From Candidatus Latescibacterota bacterium (GTDB lineage Bacteria; Latescibacterota; UBA2968; GCA-2709665), in the NCBI GenBank assembly GCA_965226795.1, contig CBDDDZ010000005.1, forward strand, positions 1,504,001 through 1,568,000: a DNA stretch of 64,000 nt, in the 5' to 3' direction. The notes beneath the pieces were generated by a model, which saw only the letters and a list, made by a program, of their open reading frames with translations, was not told the DNA's origin and ran no database searches. Shown one piece after another: positions 10,481 through 21,900 of this stretch. A program made the translations under genes and the position numbers. Within the stretch, counting starts at the first letter, position 1, and the number at the start of each line of letters is the position of its first letter.

Positions 10481-13219
10481 ATGGTCACAGTTGAAAATGG
10501 AGCCAATACTGCCACGATGACTCTGGACAAGGAAACGGTAACGTTTTCCGAAGGCGAAACCGTTTTTGACGTGGCGCAAAAGCACTCCAAAGATGTGCCG
10601 ACGCTGTGTTACGACTCCCGGCTGAAACCCTTTGGAAGTTGCCGCCTCTGCGTGGTGGATGTGGAGGGTGCGCGAACCCCCCTGGCTTCATGCACCACGC
10701 CCGCGACACCGGGGATGGTCGTGCGTACGGAGACGGATGCGATACTGAGGTATCGAAAGGTGTTGCTGGAGATGGTGGCCTCCGAAAACCCCGTGATCGA
10801 CGTAGACCCCCTTAGTGGTTACGCCTCCCAGGAACTGGCAACTCTTGTAGATCGATACGGTGCGCGGACCGGCCGGTTCAAGGGAGCGCAGTCCGGACGC
10901 AGCAAGGTGGAGGACGACAATCCATTTCTTCTGCGTGATTATGACAAATGCATCTCTTGCTACCGTTGCGTCAGGGTATGTGCCGAGCAGGAGGGAGATG
11001 ATGCAATCAGCGTGATGAACCGCGGCTTCGAGACACAGATTGTAACCGAATTCGATGGTCTGCTGAAAGAGTCGTCATGTACGTTTTGCGGGCAGTGTAT
11101 TCAGACGTGCCCCACGGGTGCGCTTGCGGACAAGAAAGCGTTGCGGGCGTCCAGCGATCCGGGCGAAATTAAAAAAACGCGTACTATCTGCCCGTATTGC
11201 GGGGTGGGGTGTTCGGTGGACGTAATGATCAAAGGGGAGAAGATTGTGGGCATCCAGCCCGCGATGGACGGTCCCGCAAACCTGGGTGCGCTTTGTGTCA
11301 AGGGACAGTTTGCTTTCGACTTCGTACACCACCGTGATCGGCTGAAGATGCCGCTGGTGCGCGGAGGAGACGGCAGACTGCACGAAACGAGCTGGGAGGA
11401 GGCACTGGATCGCGCCGCGCAGGGTTTCAAGGATGCGCGGGCGGCGCATGGGAAGTACAGCGCGTACGGGGTGGCCTCCGGCCGTGCGCCTACCGAGGCT
11501 GCCTACCTGATGGGTAAATTCATCCGCGCCGGCTTCGGCACCAACTATATAGACAACTGCAGCCGTGCGTGACACGCCCCAACGGTTGCCGGTCTGGCAG
11601 CCACGGTCGGACGGGGCGCGATGTCGAATCCACTGGTCGATATGGAAAAGCCCGATGTGTTCTTCTGCATCGGGACGAATATGACCGAGTGCCATCCAGT
11701 GGCGGCCACGCGGCTAAAGAAAGCGATACGCAGGGGGGCAAAACTGATTGTCGCGGATCCCCGGCGCATCCCTCTGGCCGAGATGGCGGATCTGTATCTT
11801 CCGTTACGGGTGGGATCCGACGTTGCGCTCTTGCTTGCGATGGCCCACGTCATCGCAAGGGAAGGGTTGATCGACCGGGACTTTATCGAAAACCGGACGG
11901 TGAAGGCTGAGGACTTCCTGGAGCATGTGAAGGAGTATCCCCCGGAATGGGCCGAGAGAATCACGGGCGTGCCAGCGAAGGACATTGAACTGGCCGCCAT
12001 CTGGTACGGCATGGCCGATAGGGGTGCAATTTACTATACGCTGGGAATTACCGAGCATATCTGTGGCGTTGACAATGTTCAGAGCCTCTGTAATCTGGCC
12101 CTGATGACGGGAAACCTGGGGCGCGACGGTACGGGCATCAATCCGATGCGCGGCCAGAACAATATCCAGGGCGCAGGGGATTCGGGAGCTGTTCCGGATA
12201 AATTCCCAGGGTTCCAGCCGTGCGACGACCAGGAAAACGCGATAAAATTCTCACGCCTTTATGGCCGGCGTATCGACGCGGAAAAGGGTGTTACCAAGGT
12301 GGCGGCATTGAACCTGTGCGGCGACCGGATCCGCGCAATGATGATAGACGGCGAGAACACTGTTGTATCCGATCCGGACCGGGCGCATTGCACGCGGGCA
12401 TTGCAGAGCCTGGACCACCTGGTGGTGATCGATATTTTCTTGACCGAAACGGCTGAACTTGCCGACGTCGTGCTGCCGGCCACGGCTTGGGGGGAGACGG
12501 ACGGGACGTGCACGAATACCGAGCGGCGTGTCCAGCGCCTGCGCGCGGCGGTCCCGCCCCCTGGCGAGGCCCGTCCCGATTGGTGGATTGTAAGTGAGCT
12601 TGCGAAACGCATGGGAACGCCGGGATTCGGGTATGGTTCTGCGAAAGACGTGTTCAACGAGTTGTGCAGCGTGTCGCCCATATACGCAGGGCTGAATTGG
12701 GATCGAATCGAACACGGGCAGTATCATTGGCCGGTCCCGTACGGAGGCCATCCCGGCACGCCGATGTTGCACGAAGGCGAATTTTCAAACGGCCGGGGTA
12801 TTTTCACGAAGATTCGCTATCGCGATCCGGCGGAGACGGTCAGCGACGCCTTTCCGGTTTGGTTGACTACGGGTCGCAGATTGCAGGCCTACCATACTCG
12901 AACTCAGACAGGGCGGGCGACGGGGATGGACTGGCTTCTTTCCGAAGAGACGCTGGAAGTACATCCGGCGGACGTGTCGGCCTGGGGTCTGACCGACGGC
13001 GGCTTGTGCCGGATGTCGAGCGAACGAGGTTCCATTCGGATCAAGGTGAAGGCGACCCGGCAATCACCCCGTGGTACCGTGTTTGCCAGTTTTGGTTTCA
13101 ATGACGTTCCGGTGAATATCCTGACCGGTTCGGGCTACGATCCCATTACGGAGACAGCCGAATTAAAGGTTTGTCCGGTTCGTATTGAACCACTTGTACC
13201 AGAACGATATATACCCTAA
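10481..13219 (+). CDS. fdhF: selenocysteine-containing formate dehydrogenase alpha subunit with N-terminal Fe-S domains
   Basis: ORFs 10478-11572 and 11621-13219 are in one frame, joined by TGA 11570-11572 in 'NCSRA-U-HAPTVAGL', the FDH active-site position; CPYCGVGC and RGQNNIQG motifs; SECIS follows. Confidence 0.93.
11584..11602 (+). promoter_or_regulatory. bacterial SECIS element
   Basis: ggttgcc-ggtct-ggcagcc hairpin begins 11 nt after the in-frame UGA and resembles the E. coli fdhF SECIS. Confidence 0.85.
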
Positions 13220-13228
13220 GGATTAAAG

Positions 13229-14059
13229 TTGAATTCAGGCATTACACAGCGAGTCGTGTCGAGGGTGAATAACGGCTGTCCGGCGCGTTCGATTCAGGAC
13301 GATATCGCGATAGAAGAGCCCCTGGAAATCCGCGTGGCGGGGGATCCGGTGGCCGTCACCATGCGCTCTCCCGGAAATGACTCCCGGCTCGCCGTGGGTT
13401 TTCTGTTTTCGGAAGGGATTATCGCGTCTATCGAGGACATTGGGCGGGTATATCACTGCGGAAGGCCCGGGACAGAGGCATACGGTAATGCGATTGACGT
13501 GCTGCCCGCGCCCGGCCACAGTCTGGATATCGAGCGGGTTAGCGCCAGCCGGCGCGGCACGCTGACGACGTCTGCGTGTGGGGTATGTGGTCGACTGGGC
13601 ATAGCTGACCTGGTGGAGCGTTGTTCTGTTTTGCCGCCTGGACCGAAGATATCGGCGAAATTGCTATCTGATACGATTGAAAATATGACACGGATTCAGC
13701 CCACATTCACCCACACCGGCGGTGTGCACGCCGCCGCCGCGTTCGGCCTGGACGGCTGCGCGCTTGTATGCAGCGAAGATGTGGGCCGACACAATGCCGT
13801 GGACAAAACCGTCGGCGCACTGCTTTTCGACAGATTGGTGGGAGCGTCTCGGGGAGCCGTCGTACTGGCCGTCAGCGGCAGATCGAGCTTTGAAATCGTC
13901 CAGAAAGCGGCAGTCGCACGAATTCCTATTGTTGCAAGCGTCTCGGCCGCCAGTTCGCTGGCGGTCGATCTTGCAACCGATGTGGGTATTACTCTTGCGG
14001 GATTTGTTCGCCGGAAGGGCTTCAATCTGTACGCGCACCCTGAACGGATTGTGCCATAA
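13229..14059 (+). CDS. fdhD: formate dehydrogenase accessory sulfurtransferase
   Basis: EEPLEIR, TMRSPG, GFLFSEG, SACGVCG, TGGVHAA, EDVGRHNAVDK, SGRSSFEIVQK. Confidence 0.93.
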   Translation: MNSGITQRVVSRVNNGCPARSIQDDIAIEEPLEIRVAGDPVAVTMRSPGNDSRLAVGFLFSEGIIASIEDIGRVYHCGRPGTEAYGNAIDVLPAPGHSLDIERVSASRRGTLTTSACGVCGRLGIADLVERCSVLPPGPKISAKLLSDTIENMTRIQPTFTHTGGVHAAAAFGLDGCALVCSEDVGRHNAVDKTVGALLFDRLVGASRGAVVLAVSGRSSFEIVQKAAVARIPIVASVSAASSLAVDLATDVGITLAGFVRRKGFNLYAHPERIVP

Positions 14060-14069
14060 GGAGTGGACG

Positions 14070-14297
14070 ATGCCTATTTTTGAGTTTATCTGCGGCAGTT
14101 GCCGTCATCCCTTCGAGATGTTCATTCAGGGCTCCCAGGAACCGCGCTGCCCATCCTGTGGCAGCAGCGAACTTGAAAAACAACTTTCGGTTTTTGCCGT
14201 AAGTGGAGGTAGCGGCCAAACGGTGGATCCCGAACCCCTGGGGCCCTGCGGAACCTGCGGAGAACCCAGAGGTCCTGGCGCCTGTTCACTGAATTAG
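14070..14297 (+). CDS. FmdB-family zinc-ribbon protein
   Basis: MPIFEFICGSC..FE..CPSCGS..LEKQLS; AAGGAG RBS; Cys-rich tail. Confidence 0.85.
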   Translation: MPIFEFICGSCRHPFEMFIQGSQEPRCPSCGSSELEKQLSVFAVSGGSGQTVDPEPLGPCGTCGEPRGPGACSLN

Positions 14298-14303
14298 GCA
14301 TTG

Positions 14304-14336
14304 GATCCCGGTTGAAAACGCCGGGATCTTTTTTTT
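14304..14336 (+). terminator. intrinsic terminator ending the fdh operon
   Basis: gatcccgg...ccgggatc stem followed by T8. Confidence 0.88.
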
Positions 14337-14585
14337 GTACATGAATTGGGAATCCGAGCGAATTTTCCATTAATCCTGTCGGTTCCGCAGGTTGTTTCCT
14401 ACGTGAAGAATGTGAGATTTGCATTTGTGCAAATTTCCATTCCGACCTATCTTTGGCGGAGTTGGCTCCATAGCGCGTCGACCCCCGCGCCGGGCCACAT
14501 GCGCGGATTCAATTCGACGTTTTTGCCGAACCGGAACGGCCTTCGTCCGGCCTGCTGGCTGCCGGCCCGTTGGGGAGTATTCGAC

Positions 14586-16349
14586 ATGGGCGCCGTGTTC
14601 ACAAAAGCCTACCGCCGTATTCAACAATCGATTGCCGAGGATCGTTGTGTGATTCTGGATGGCGGCGTTGCCACGGAACTGGACCGGATGGGACTTCGGG
14701 ATCACGCCATCAGCGATCACACCCTCTGGGGCACCTGGGCATTGTACCATGAACCCTATTCGGTGCTGGATGTACACCGACGGTTTGTGGAGGTCGGCTG
14801 CGACGTAATTTCAACCAATACCTGGGGGATCCTGGAAGGTTCGGAGATAGGCGGGCGAGGGCTGGCGGCAGGTGCCGGAATATCGCATTGGATGGATGTG
14901 GCGCAACGCGGTATCACGTTGGCGCGCCGGGCAAATCAACAGGTGGGCAGGGAGGACGAATGCGCGGTGGCCTTCAGCGTAAATGGAGACATCGATACCT
15001 CTCAGCGGTTGGAACGATTACAGCTGCTTTCAAGGGTATTTGTAGACGATCCTCCCGATCTCATCTTGATGGAAACGATGTCAATTGTCCGCGAGGATCT
15101 CACGCTTCCTGCGGTCGAACTGATGATTCAGACAGGTATTCCGGTGTGGCTGAGCTTCCGGCGCTGCAGGCAGGGTCTGTGCGGGGTGCACGGGCAGCAC
15201 TGGGGGGGTCCCGAAGGAGATTATTTTGGCAGATTGGCTGCCCGTTTCGAACGAATGGAAATTGGGGCCCTTTTGATCAACTGTCTGCCGGTGGAGCACG
15301 TGTCCGGGATGATATCGTGGCTGAGGGATTTTACCGATCTTCCACTGGGCGTGTACCCGAACCTGGGGCGTTACCTGGACCCGGGTTGGAAATTCGACGA
15401 AACCGTGGGGCCGCGATGCTTTGCCGCGTTGGCCGAGGCCTGGCGCGAAGAGGGGGCGCAGATCGTCGGCGGGTGCTGTGGTGTCACGCCCGATCACATT
15501 GCTCAAGCCAGAGAGGCGCTGGCGTGTACCCGGGCGGGCCGTAAGCGAGTCCAGCCTCGTATATTAGCGGGGGGCGGAACCAATTGTGAAGATGGGGTCG
15601 TTCCGTGTCCATGGGTAGACGAGAACATGCGGTCGCTCTTTCCGCTGCCATTTCCTGAAATTGTGTGCGATCCGGGGGTGTTCGCTCCAACGCAGGGGAG
15701 CTTTTTGATCTGGAAGCATCTCTTTCGAACGGGCGCCGGCCAAGGCAAACGCTGCCTGGATGTCGGTTGCGGCACCGGAATCCTGTCCGTGCAACTCGCG
15801 TTGAACGGCGCTGCGCATGTCGTGGCAATCGATATCCAGAAAGAAGCCGTCGGCAATACGATGACGAACGCTTTTCGAAACGGCGTGGCAGATCGCATTT
15901 ACGGACGGGTTGCGGATCTCTATACCTTTGTACCGGAAGACAGGTATGACCTGGTCATCGGCAGTCTTTATCAGATGCCGGTGGATCCGATCCGGCAGAC
16001 AACCGGACACCGTACCGCCGATTTCTGGGGGAGGAATCTTCTCGATCACCTGATTGGGCTGCTGCCGCAGATGCTGGCCGACCACGGTGTCGCCTATCTG
16101 ATGCAGATTTCGGCTTTGAGTCAGATTCAAACGTCCGATCTGATTTCGGACTCGGGACTGGACGCGACGGTAATAGACTTCAGCTTTTTTCATTTCAGCC
16201 CGGTATTTGACGAAAATATCGATCAGATCCGGCGGGTCTCCGAGTTGTCCGATGCCTTTCACCTGAGTTTTGGTCAGGACAACGTGATGGTGATGTACCT
16301 GCTGGAACTAAAGTTCGGCGCAGGCAATCCTTTAGATAGTCCGGTTTGA
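14586..16349 (+). CDS. homocysteine S-methyltransferase domain fused to a class I SAM-dependent methyltransferase
   Basis: ILDGGVATEL, INC, GVYPN and GGCCG (Zn ligands), then LDVGCGTGILS motif I; GGGGAG RBS. Confidence 0.85.
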   Translation: MGAVFTKAYRRIQQSIAEDRCVILDGGVATELDRMGLRDHAISDHTLWGTWALYHEPYSVLDVHRRFVEVGCDVISTNTWGILEGSEIGGRGLAAGAGISHWMDVAQRGITLARRANQQVGREDECAVAFSVNGDIDTSQRLERLQLLSRVFVDDPPDLILMETMSIVREDLTLPAVELMIQTGIPVWLSFRRCRQGLCGVHGQHWGGPEGDYFGRLAARFERMEIGALLINCLPVEHVSGMISWLRDFTDLPLGVYPNLGRYLDPGWKFDETVGPRCFAALAEAWREEGAQIVGGCCGVTPDHIAQAREALACTRAGRKRVQPRILAGGGTNCEDGVVPCPWVDENMRSLFPLPFPEIVCDPGVFAPTQGSFLIWKHLFRTGAGQGKRCLDVGCGTGILSVQLALNGAAHVVAIDIQKEAVGNTMTNAFRNGVADRIYGRVADLYTFVPEDRYDLVIGSLYQMPVDPIRQTTGHRTADFWGRNLLDHLIGLLPQMLADHGVAYLMQISALSQIQTSDLISDSGLDATVIDFSFFHFSPVFDENIDQIRRVSELSDAFHLSFGQDNVMVMYLLELKFGAGNPLDSPV

Positions 16350-16483
16350 GCACATCGCGCCGTCCGATCCTCGACGTGAGTATAACCGGCTTCAGTGTCG
16401 ACGATCCGGGAAACGGTAGAGGCCCGCGCGTTTGAACGGTGGTCTCAGGCGGCATGGACACGGTATTCGCCCCGGAATGTCAA

Positions 16484-17303
16484 ATGGTCGATCAATTTCT
16501 GAAGGGACGGGCCGCGATCGTTACAGGAGGCGCCAGTGGACTCGGCAGTGCCATTGCATTGCGCGGGTGCGGACATCTGCATCATGTCCCTGAGCAGCCG
16601 CCGCGTGAAACGCGTGGACAGCGAGGTAAAATACTTCGAGGACGTCGACGAGATCGAGACAACACGGCAGGAAATCCAGGAATTGGGCGTGCGGTGCATC
16701 GGTCTGGACGGGGACGTCAGTTCGGAGGCGGACGTGGAGGACATGATCGGCCAGACCGTCAGGACCTTCGGCAGGTTGGATATTCTGGTAAACAACGCCG
16801 CGACAAACGTGATACATCCAATCCTCAACCACGACAACCACGCCTGGAGACGCGTGGTGGACGTCAATCTGTTCGGACCCTACCTGTGTACCCGGAACGC
16901 ACTGCCCCATATGATCGAAAACGGTTGGGGACGAATCGTCTCTATCGGTTCTACCAATTCCCACGTCGGGTCGTCCAGTTACAGTGCTTACGCGGCGTCC
17001 AAGCACGGGTTGTTGGGGTTCAACAGATCAATCGCACTGGAGGTGGCGGCCCACCACATTACGGCCAATACCGTCAGCCCGGCAACGATCGAGACACCGT
17101 CCGGTCAACTGCATTTGCTGCGGTGGGTGGAAGACCGGGGTCTTTCATGCGAAGCCATGAGAGAGGAGTTCATAAAATCCTATCCGCAGGGCAGATTCCT
17201 GCGCCCCGAGGAAATCGCCGATCTGGTAGTCTATCTGTGCCGGGAACAAGCGCAGGGAATCAACGGGGAAGATATCCGTGTTACAACGGGTGCGATGTAC
17301 TAG
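16484..17303 (+). pseudogene. SDR oxidoreductase, frameshifted near 16560
   Basis: TGGASGLG is in one frame; LVNNAA, YAASKHG and the C-terminus are in another. Confidence 0.8.
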
Positions 17304-17393
17304 ACCTTATGTATCGACGGACAAGCGTTCGGGGCCGCGGCGAATGTCCCCGAAACCACGCGATCGTGATCGTCGTGGCTGATGGAGGCATCA

Positions 17394-18176
17394 ATGGATC
17401 TGGGATTGAAAGGCCGTCGGGCGCTGGTGACAGGCGCGAGCAAGGGCATTGGCAGGGCAATTGCATTTGAACTGGCAACGGAAGGCGCCGATCTTGCAAT
17501 CTGCTCCCGCGGGTCGCGCGCTCTTGAGGATACGGCGGAAGCGCTTGAGGCGGCAACGGGCGTAAACGTCTTCGCAGCCACCGCAGATGTAACGGTCGAC
17601 AGGGAGGTCCGGGCGTTCATGGAGCAGGCCGCCGCCGCGCTGGGCGGGCTGGATATTCTCGTGAACAACGCCGGCAGTGCGCTTCCCGGAACCTTCGAAG
17701 AGGTGGACGAGGTTCGCTGGCGTGCGGATCTGGACGTGAAGCTGTTTGCCGCGATGCGATGCGCGCGTACCGCCCTGCCTTTTCTGAAACAGAGCCCGCA
17801 GGCGAGAATTATCAATATCAACTCGATCGTCGGACGTCAGATTGCGCCGGAATACATCGCCAACAGCACCGATCGGGCCGCCTGTCTGGCGTTCAGCAAA
17901 GGCCTTTCGGACAACCTGGCACAATACGGAATTCTCGTAAACAGTGTGAATCCCGGCAACGTGAAGAGCCAGGCCTGGGGCAGCACATTGGACTATTTCG
18001 CACCGGACGCGGAACTCGAGGACTATTATGCACAGGCAAGCCGGGAAACACCGCTGGGCAGGGTGGCGGAAGCAGATGAGATTGCGGCCGTGGTGACGTT
18101 TCTCGCAAGCAAACGGGCGAGCTATATAACCGGAGCCTCCATCGACGTGGACGGCGGATTGGTCAGGTACATTTAA
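17394..18176 (+). CDS. SDR oxidoreductase with atypical active site
   Basis: TGASKGIG, LVNNAG, ASYITG..VDGG; the YxxxK position reads NSTDR. Confidence 0.9.
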   Translation: MDLGLKGRRALVTGASKGIGRAIAFELATEGADLAICSRGSRALEDTAEALEAATGVNVFAATADVTVDREVRAFMEQAAAALGGLDILVNNAGSALPGTFEEVDEVRWRADLDVKLFAAMRCARTALPFLKQSPQARIININSIVGRQIAPEYIANSTDRAACLAFSKGLSDNLAQYGILVNSVNPGNVKSQAWGSTLDYFAPDAELEDYYAQASRETPLGRVAEADEIAAVVTFLASKRASYITGASIDVDGGLVRYI

Positions 18177-18389
18177 GCGGTGGACAGGCCGGGCTGGATC
18201 GAATCTGTGGGTCCAGGTTCGACGGCAAAAGATCCTCTGTTGCAGATATTGCGACAAATCGGACTTGACGTCGCGCTGTGTCGCCAGGCGCGCGAATGTA
18301 ACCTGTCACACGGGTTCATTCGGCAATGACGCACGCGTTCAGTCGTTCCGCTAAGTCGGCAAGATTTCCCGCACCGAAGGTAAATTGCA

Positions 18390-20647
18390 TTGTCCAATCC
18401 TCGTTTCGAAAAATTGTCGCCCGTACCCGGCCTGGGGCTGGAGGGCTATACCGACGAAGTAACCCTGCCGGCCGGAGCAGAGATCGGTTTCAAATTGGGT
18501 GGTCCTCCCGGCACGGCTGATGTGAACCTCGCGCGGCTGATTCACGGAGACCCAAATCCCGACGGACCGGGTTACAAGGAAGAACCTGTCTCATGGGGGC
18601 AGCCGGATCGGATTGACGTGCAAGATCAGGTTACGGATTATGGTTCATTCATTGAGATTCCGCACTCCGATACCCTGAATCCGGCGGGTGCGTTTACCGT
18701 GGCGCTCTGGTTTCTGCCAACTCTAGGTGGCGGCGGATGGCGCGCCCTGACGGTGAAGTGGGCGTGTCAAAACTTGAGCTACGGGATTTTTTTCGCCGGC
18801 GAGCGGTTTCTGACGGCTGCGGTGTCTCACGACGGCAAGACGGCACACTGGGCAACCGCCAGAGAGGCCATCCATGTCGGCAACTGGCAGTTCGTGGCGT
18901 TCTCGTACCAACCTGAATCAGGTAACATCTGTCTTTATCAGCAAATTGGGGATACCGCCGGGGTGGTCGAAACCCGATCGTCCTCCGACGCGCTGAGTTT
19001 TGCATCGAAAAACATCGAGAAGGGTCCGGTGTTCCCGGGCACCGCGCCGCTGCTGTTCGGCGCCTGCCCGGAACCCGACCGCGAAGGCATCCATTGGGCC
19101 CATTTTACGGGAAAAATCGCGCACCCCGTGCTTTTTGAAACTGCACTCGATCGCGAAGATATCCAGGCACTCGCGGGCGGACGGAATCCTTCAACACTGG
19201 GCCCACTGCTGGGATGCTGGCATCTTGGCCGCGAGGTGACGGGCGCCCGTGTCGTTGATCTGTCCGACAACGGGAATCACGGGCTTGCCTTAAACGCGCC
19301 GGGGCGTGCGGTTACTGGACCGTTCTGGACGGGGGAATGCCGTCCCGGCTCTATACGGATCAACCTGACGATTACAATGCGGTCTACCTGCACGAAGACG
19401 ATCTGGAAGATGCAGAATGGGCAACGTCTTTCGCGGTGGAAGTACCTCCCGACACCAGGCCCGGCATCTATACACTACGCGCCGAGACAGATGCTGAAAC
19501 ACTCTTCGTGCCGTTTATCGTGACATCCAGGACGCCGCGGTCGGAATTGGCATGCCAGATCCCCACGCTCACGTGGCAGGCGTACCGAAGCAACCGTGCC
19601 GCGTACAGCAATACCGAAGACGGTGTGCTGGATCGTACGATATGCACTTACGACGTGCATAGCGACGGGTCGACGGTTTACTATTACTCGCGCCTTCAGC
19701 CAACGCGCGGATGGAATCCCACTGCGGGATTTCAGAACTGGGGCGCGCACAATATTACCGCGAATCTCTACCTGATCGACTGGCTGGACGCGCTGGAGTT
19801 CAAATACGATGTCTTTGCGGACGAGGATCTGCATTGCGGGGGCACCGAGCTTCTTTCTAAATATCGATGTGTGATTCTGGGAAGCCACCCCGAATACCAC
19901 ACCGAAAACATGGTCGACAGCCTGGCGGCGTACGTGCGAAACGGGGGCCGTCTCGTCTATTTGAGCGGTAATGGCCTGTACTGGGTGATGTCCATCGACC
20001 CCCGGCGGCCCCATCTGCTTGAACTGCGCCGGGGAGGAGAGGGCGACTACGGACCCACGTACGAGCCGGTGCCCGGGGAATCGCAACACAGCACGACACT
20101 GGAACTCGGGGGATTATGGGCGAGGCGGGGACGCCCGCCCCGACGGACGGTCGGCGTTGAACATGCGTCCAACGCCTGGATGGAAGCGGAAGATAAAAGG
20201 GGCTTTCGGCGACTTCCGTCAAGCAGGGACGCCAGGTACGCGTGGGTTTTCGACGGTGTCGGAAATGACGAAGTTATCGGAGACTTCGGCCTGAACCTGG
20301 GCAGCGCTGCAGGCTTTGAAATGGACGCCGTGCAGGATTGGGCGTGGGACCGGCTCACGCCCGAACCCGTCGTACTCGCCCGGGCGGCCTGTCCCGGATT
20401 TATCCCCGCCCGACGTACGCACGTACCGCCTACGGCGGATCTGGCGATTATGGATTATCCCGGAGGCGGCGCGGTTTTTTCGGCAGGCTCCGTAACCTGG
20501 ACGGGCAGCCTCTCACACAACGGCTATACCAATAACGTCTCCTCCATCACCCGCAACGTAATTCGCCGATTTCTGGATACGCCGGCTGGCGGGACGGTAC
20601 TTGGAGACGCCGGCCTACCAACGCTGGTGAATACTTCTTCCAAATAA
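18390..20647 (+). pseudogene. N,N-dimethylformamidase large-subunit-like protein with LamG domain, frameshifted at the G-run 19331-19335
   Basis: 'RLIHGDPNPDGPG', LamG region, 'AVTGPFW' then in another frame 'LHEDDLEDAEW', 'PTLTWQAY', 'GSHPEY', 'YLSGNGLYW', 'VFSAGSVTWTGSL'. One added G joins the two ORFs. Confidence 0.8.
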
Positions 20648-20678
20648 ACAATTGCGGCACACCGGAGATCCCATTCAG

Positions 20679-21746
20679 ATGGACGCCGGAAAGTCGGTAT
20701 ATCCCCGAAGTCTGTTGCAGCGCCTCGACGAAGACGGCGTGATATGCGCTGAGGGGTATTTGTTCGAACTCGAACGCCGAGGGTATCTGCAGGCGGGCCC
20801 TTTCGTGCCGGAAGTCGTGCTTGAGCACCCGGAAGTCGTGGCCGGGTTGCATCGGGAATTCTGGCGCGCGGGTTCGGACGTGATTGAGGCGTTTACGTAC
20901 TACGCCCATCGAGAAAAGCTACGCATCATCGGCAAGGAACATCTTCTGGAACCCCTGCAGAAGAGTGCGCTGGGGATAGCGAAATCGGTCGCCGAATCGG
21001 TCGAAGGAGAACGCCCTCTGGTTGCAGGCAACATTTGCAATACCAACATCTGGGATCCGGAGGATCGGGCAACGGACGCGCAGGTTACGGCGATGTTCGA
21101 CGAACAGGTGGCGTGGGCGGCTGAGGCGGGAGTCGATTTCATGATCGCGGAGACGTTCTCCTTTTCCGGGGAGGCCGCACTGGCACTGGCATCTATCAAA
21201 CGGGCTGGAATAACGGCTGTGGTGACCTTTGCGCACCATCGGGAGGAAGGATTGAGGGACGGAGTCCTGCTGGATGAGGCCGCAAAACGTCTGGAGCAGG
21301 CCGGCGCGGATGTAGTCGGGGTAAATTGCACCAGAGGACCACAAACGATGCTGCCCGATGTGGAACGTATCCGGCGTGCCATATCCTGTCACGTGGCGGC
21401 ATTGCCGGTACCGTATCGCACGACGGAGGATCAACCGACGTTTCAATCACTTCGGGAGGCGGGCAATGAACCGTCGCCTGAGGGACGTTCGTTTCCGACA
21501 GCGTTGGATCCCTTTACCTGCCACAGGTATGAAATGGCCGCGTTTGCACGTCGGGCGTTCGATATGGGTGTCCGGTACCTCGGCGTCTGCTGCGGGTCCG
21601 GGCCTCATCACGTCAGATCAATTGCGGAAGCGTTGGGACGAATCCCGCCCGCCCGCCGTTACTCTCCGGACATGTCCAGGCACTACGCGCTGGGCAGCGA
21701 TTCCAGCCTCAAGGGCCACAATCGGGAATTTGTCGAAAAGCTGTGA
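20679..21746 (+). CDS. betaine-homocysteine S-methyltransferase-like protein
   Basis: 'AEGYLFELERRGYLQAGPFVPEVV', 'FTYYAH', GVNC and GVCCG Zn ligands. Confidence 0.85.
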   Translation: MDAGKSVYPRSLLQRLDEDGVICAEGYLFELERRGYLQAGPFVPEVVLEHPEVVAGLHREFWRAGSDVIEAFTYYAHREKLRIIGKEHLLEPLQKSALGIAKSVAESVEGERPLVAGNICNTNIWDPEDRATDAQVTAMFDEQVAWAAEAGVDFMIAETFSFSGEAALALASIKRAGITAVVTFAHHREEGLRDGVLLDEAAKRLEQAGADVVGVNCTRGPQTMLPDVERIRRAISCHVAALPVPYRTTEDQPTFQSLREAGNEPSPEGRSFPTALDPFTCHRYEMAAFARRAFDMGVRYLGVCCGSGPHHVRSIAEALGRIPPARRYSPDMSRHYALGSDSSLKGHNREFVEKL

Positions 21747-21900
21747 GATATCCCGTGGCCACTCCGTATCGGCAATAGTGTTTTTCCGCAGTCGGCCAGT
21801 GTCCCGGAGGGTGAAGGCGACCGGGTCGAAACTGGCGGCGAACCCACCGGCGGGACAAGAATCAACTTGATTTTGGAATCGACCCGGAGCGTTCACGTCG

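Noticed and set aside
19329..19339. Programmed -1 frameshift in the DMFase-like gene
   Set aside because: G_GGG_GAA is not a canonical slippery heptamer and I saw no stimulator; a homopolymer indel is simpler.
21815..21890. ZTP or TPP riboswitch upstream of the ThDP enzyme (ccgggtcga/tcgacccgg stem near the RBS)
   Set aside because: It lacks the GUGG/CCAC stem and 3' CUGGGCA of ZTP switches and the CUGAGA core of TPP switches; only a generic 9-bp stem remains.
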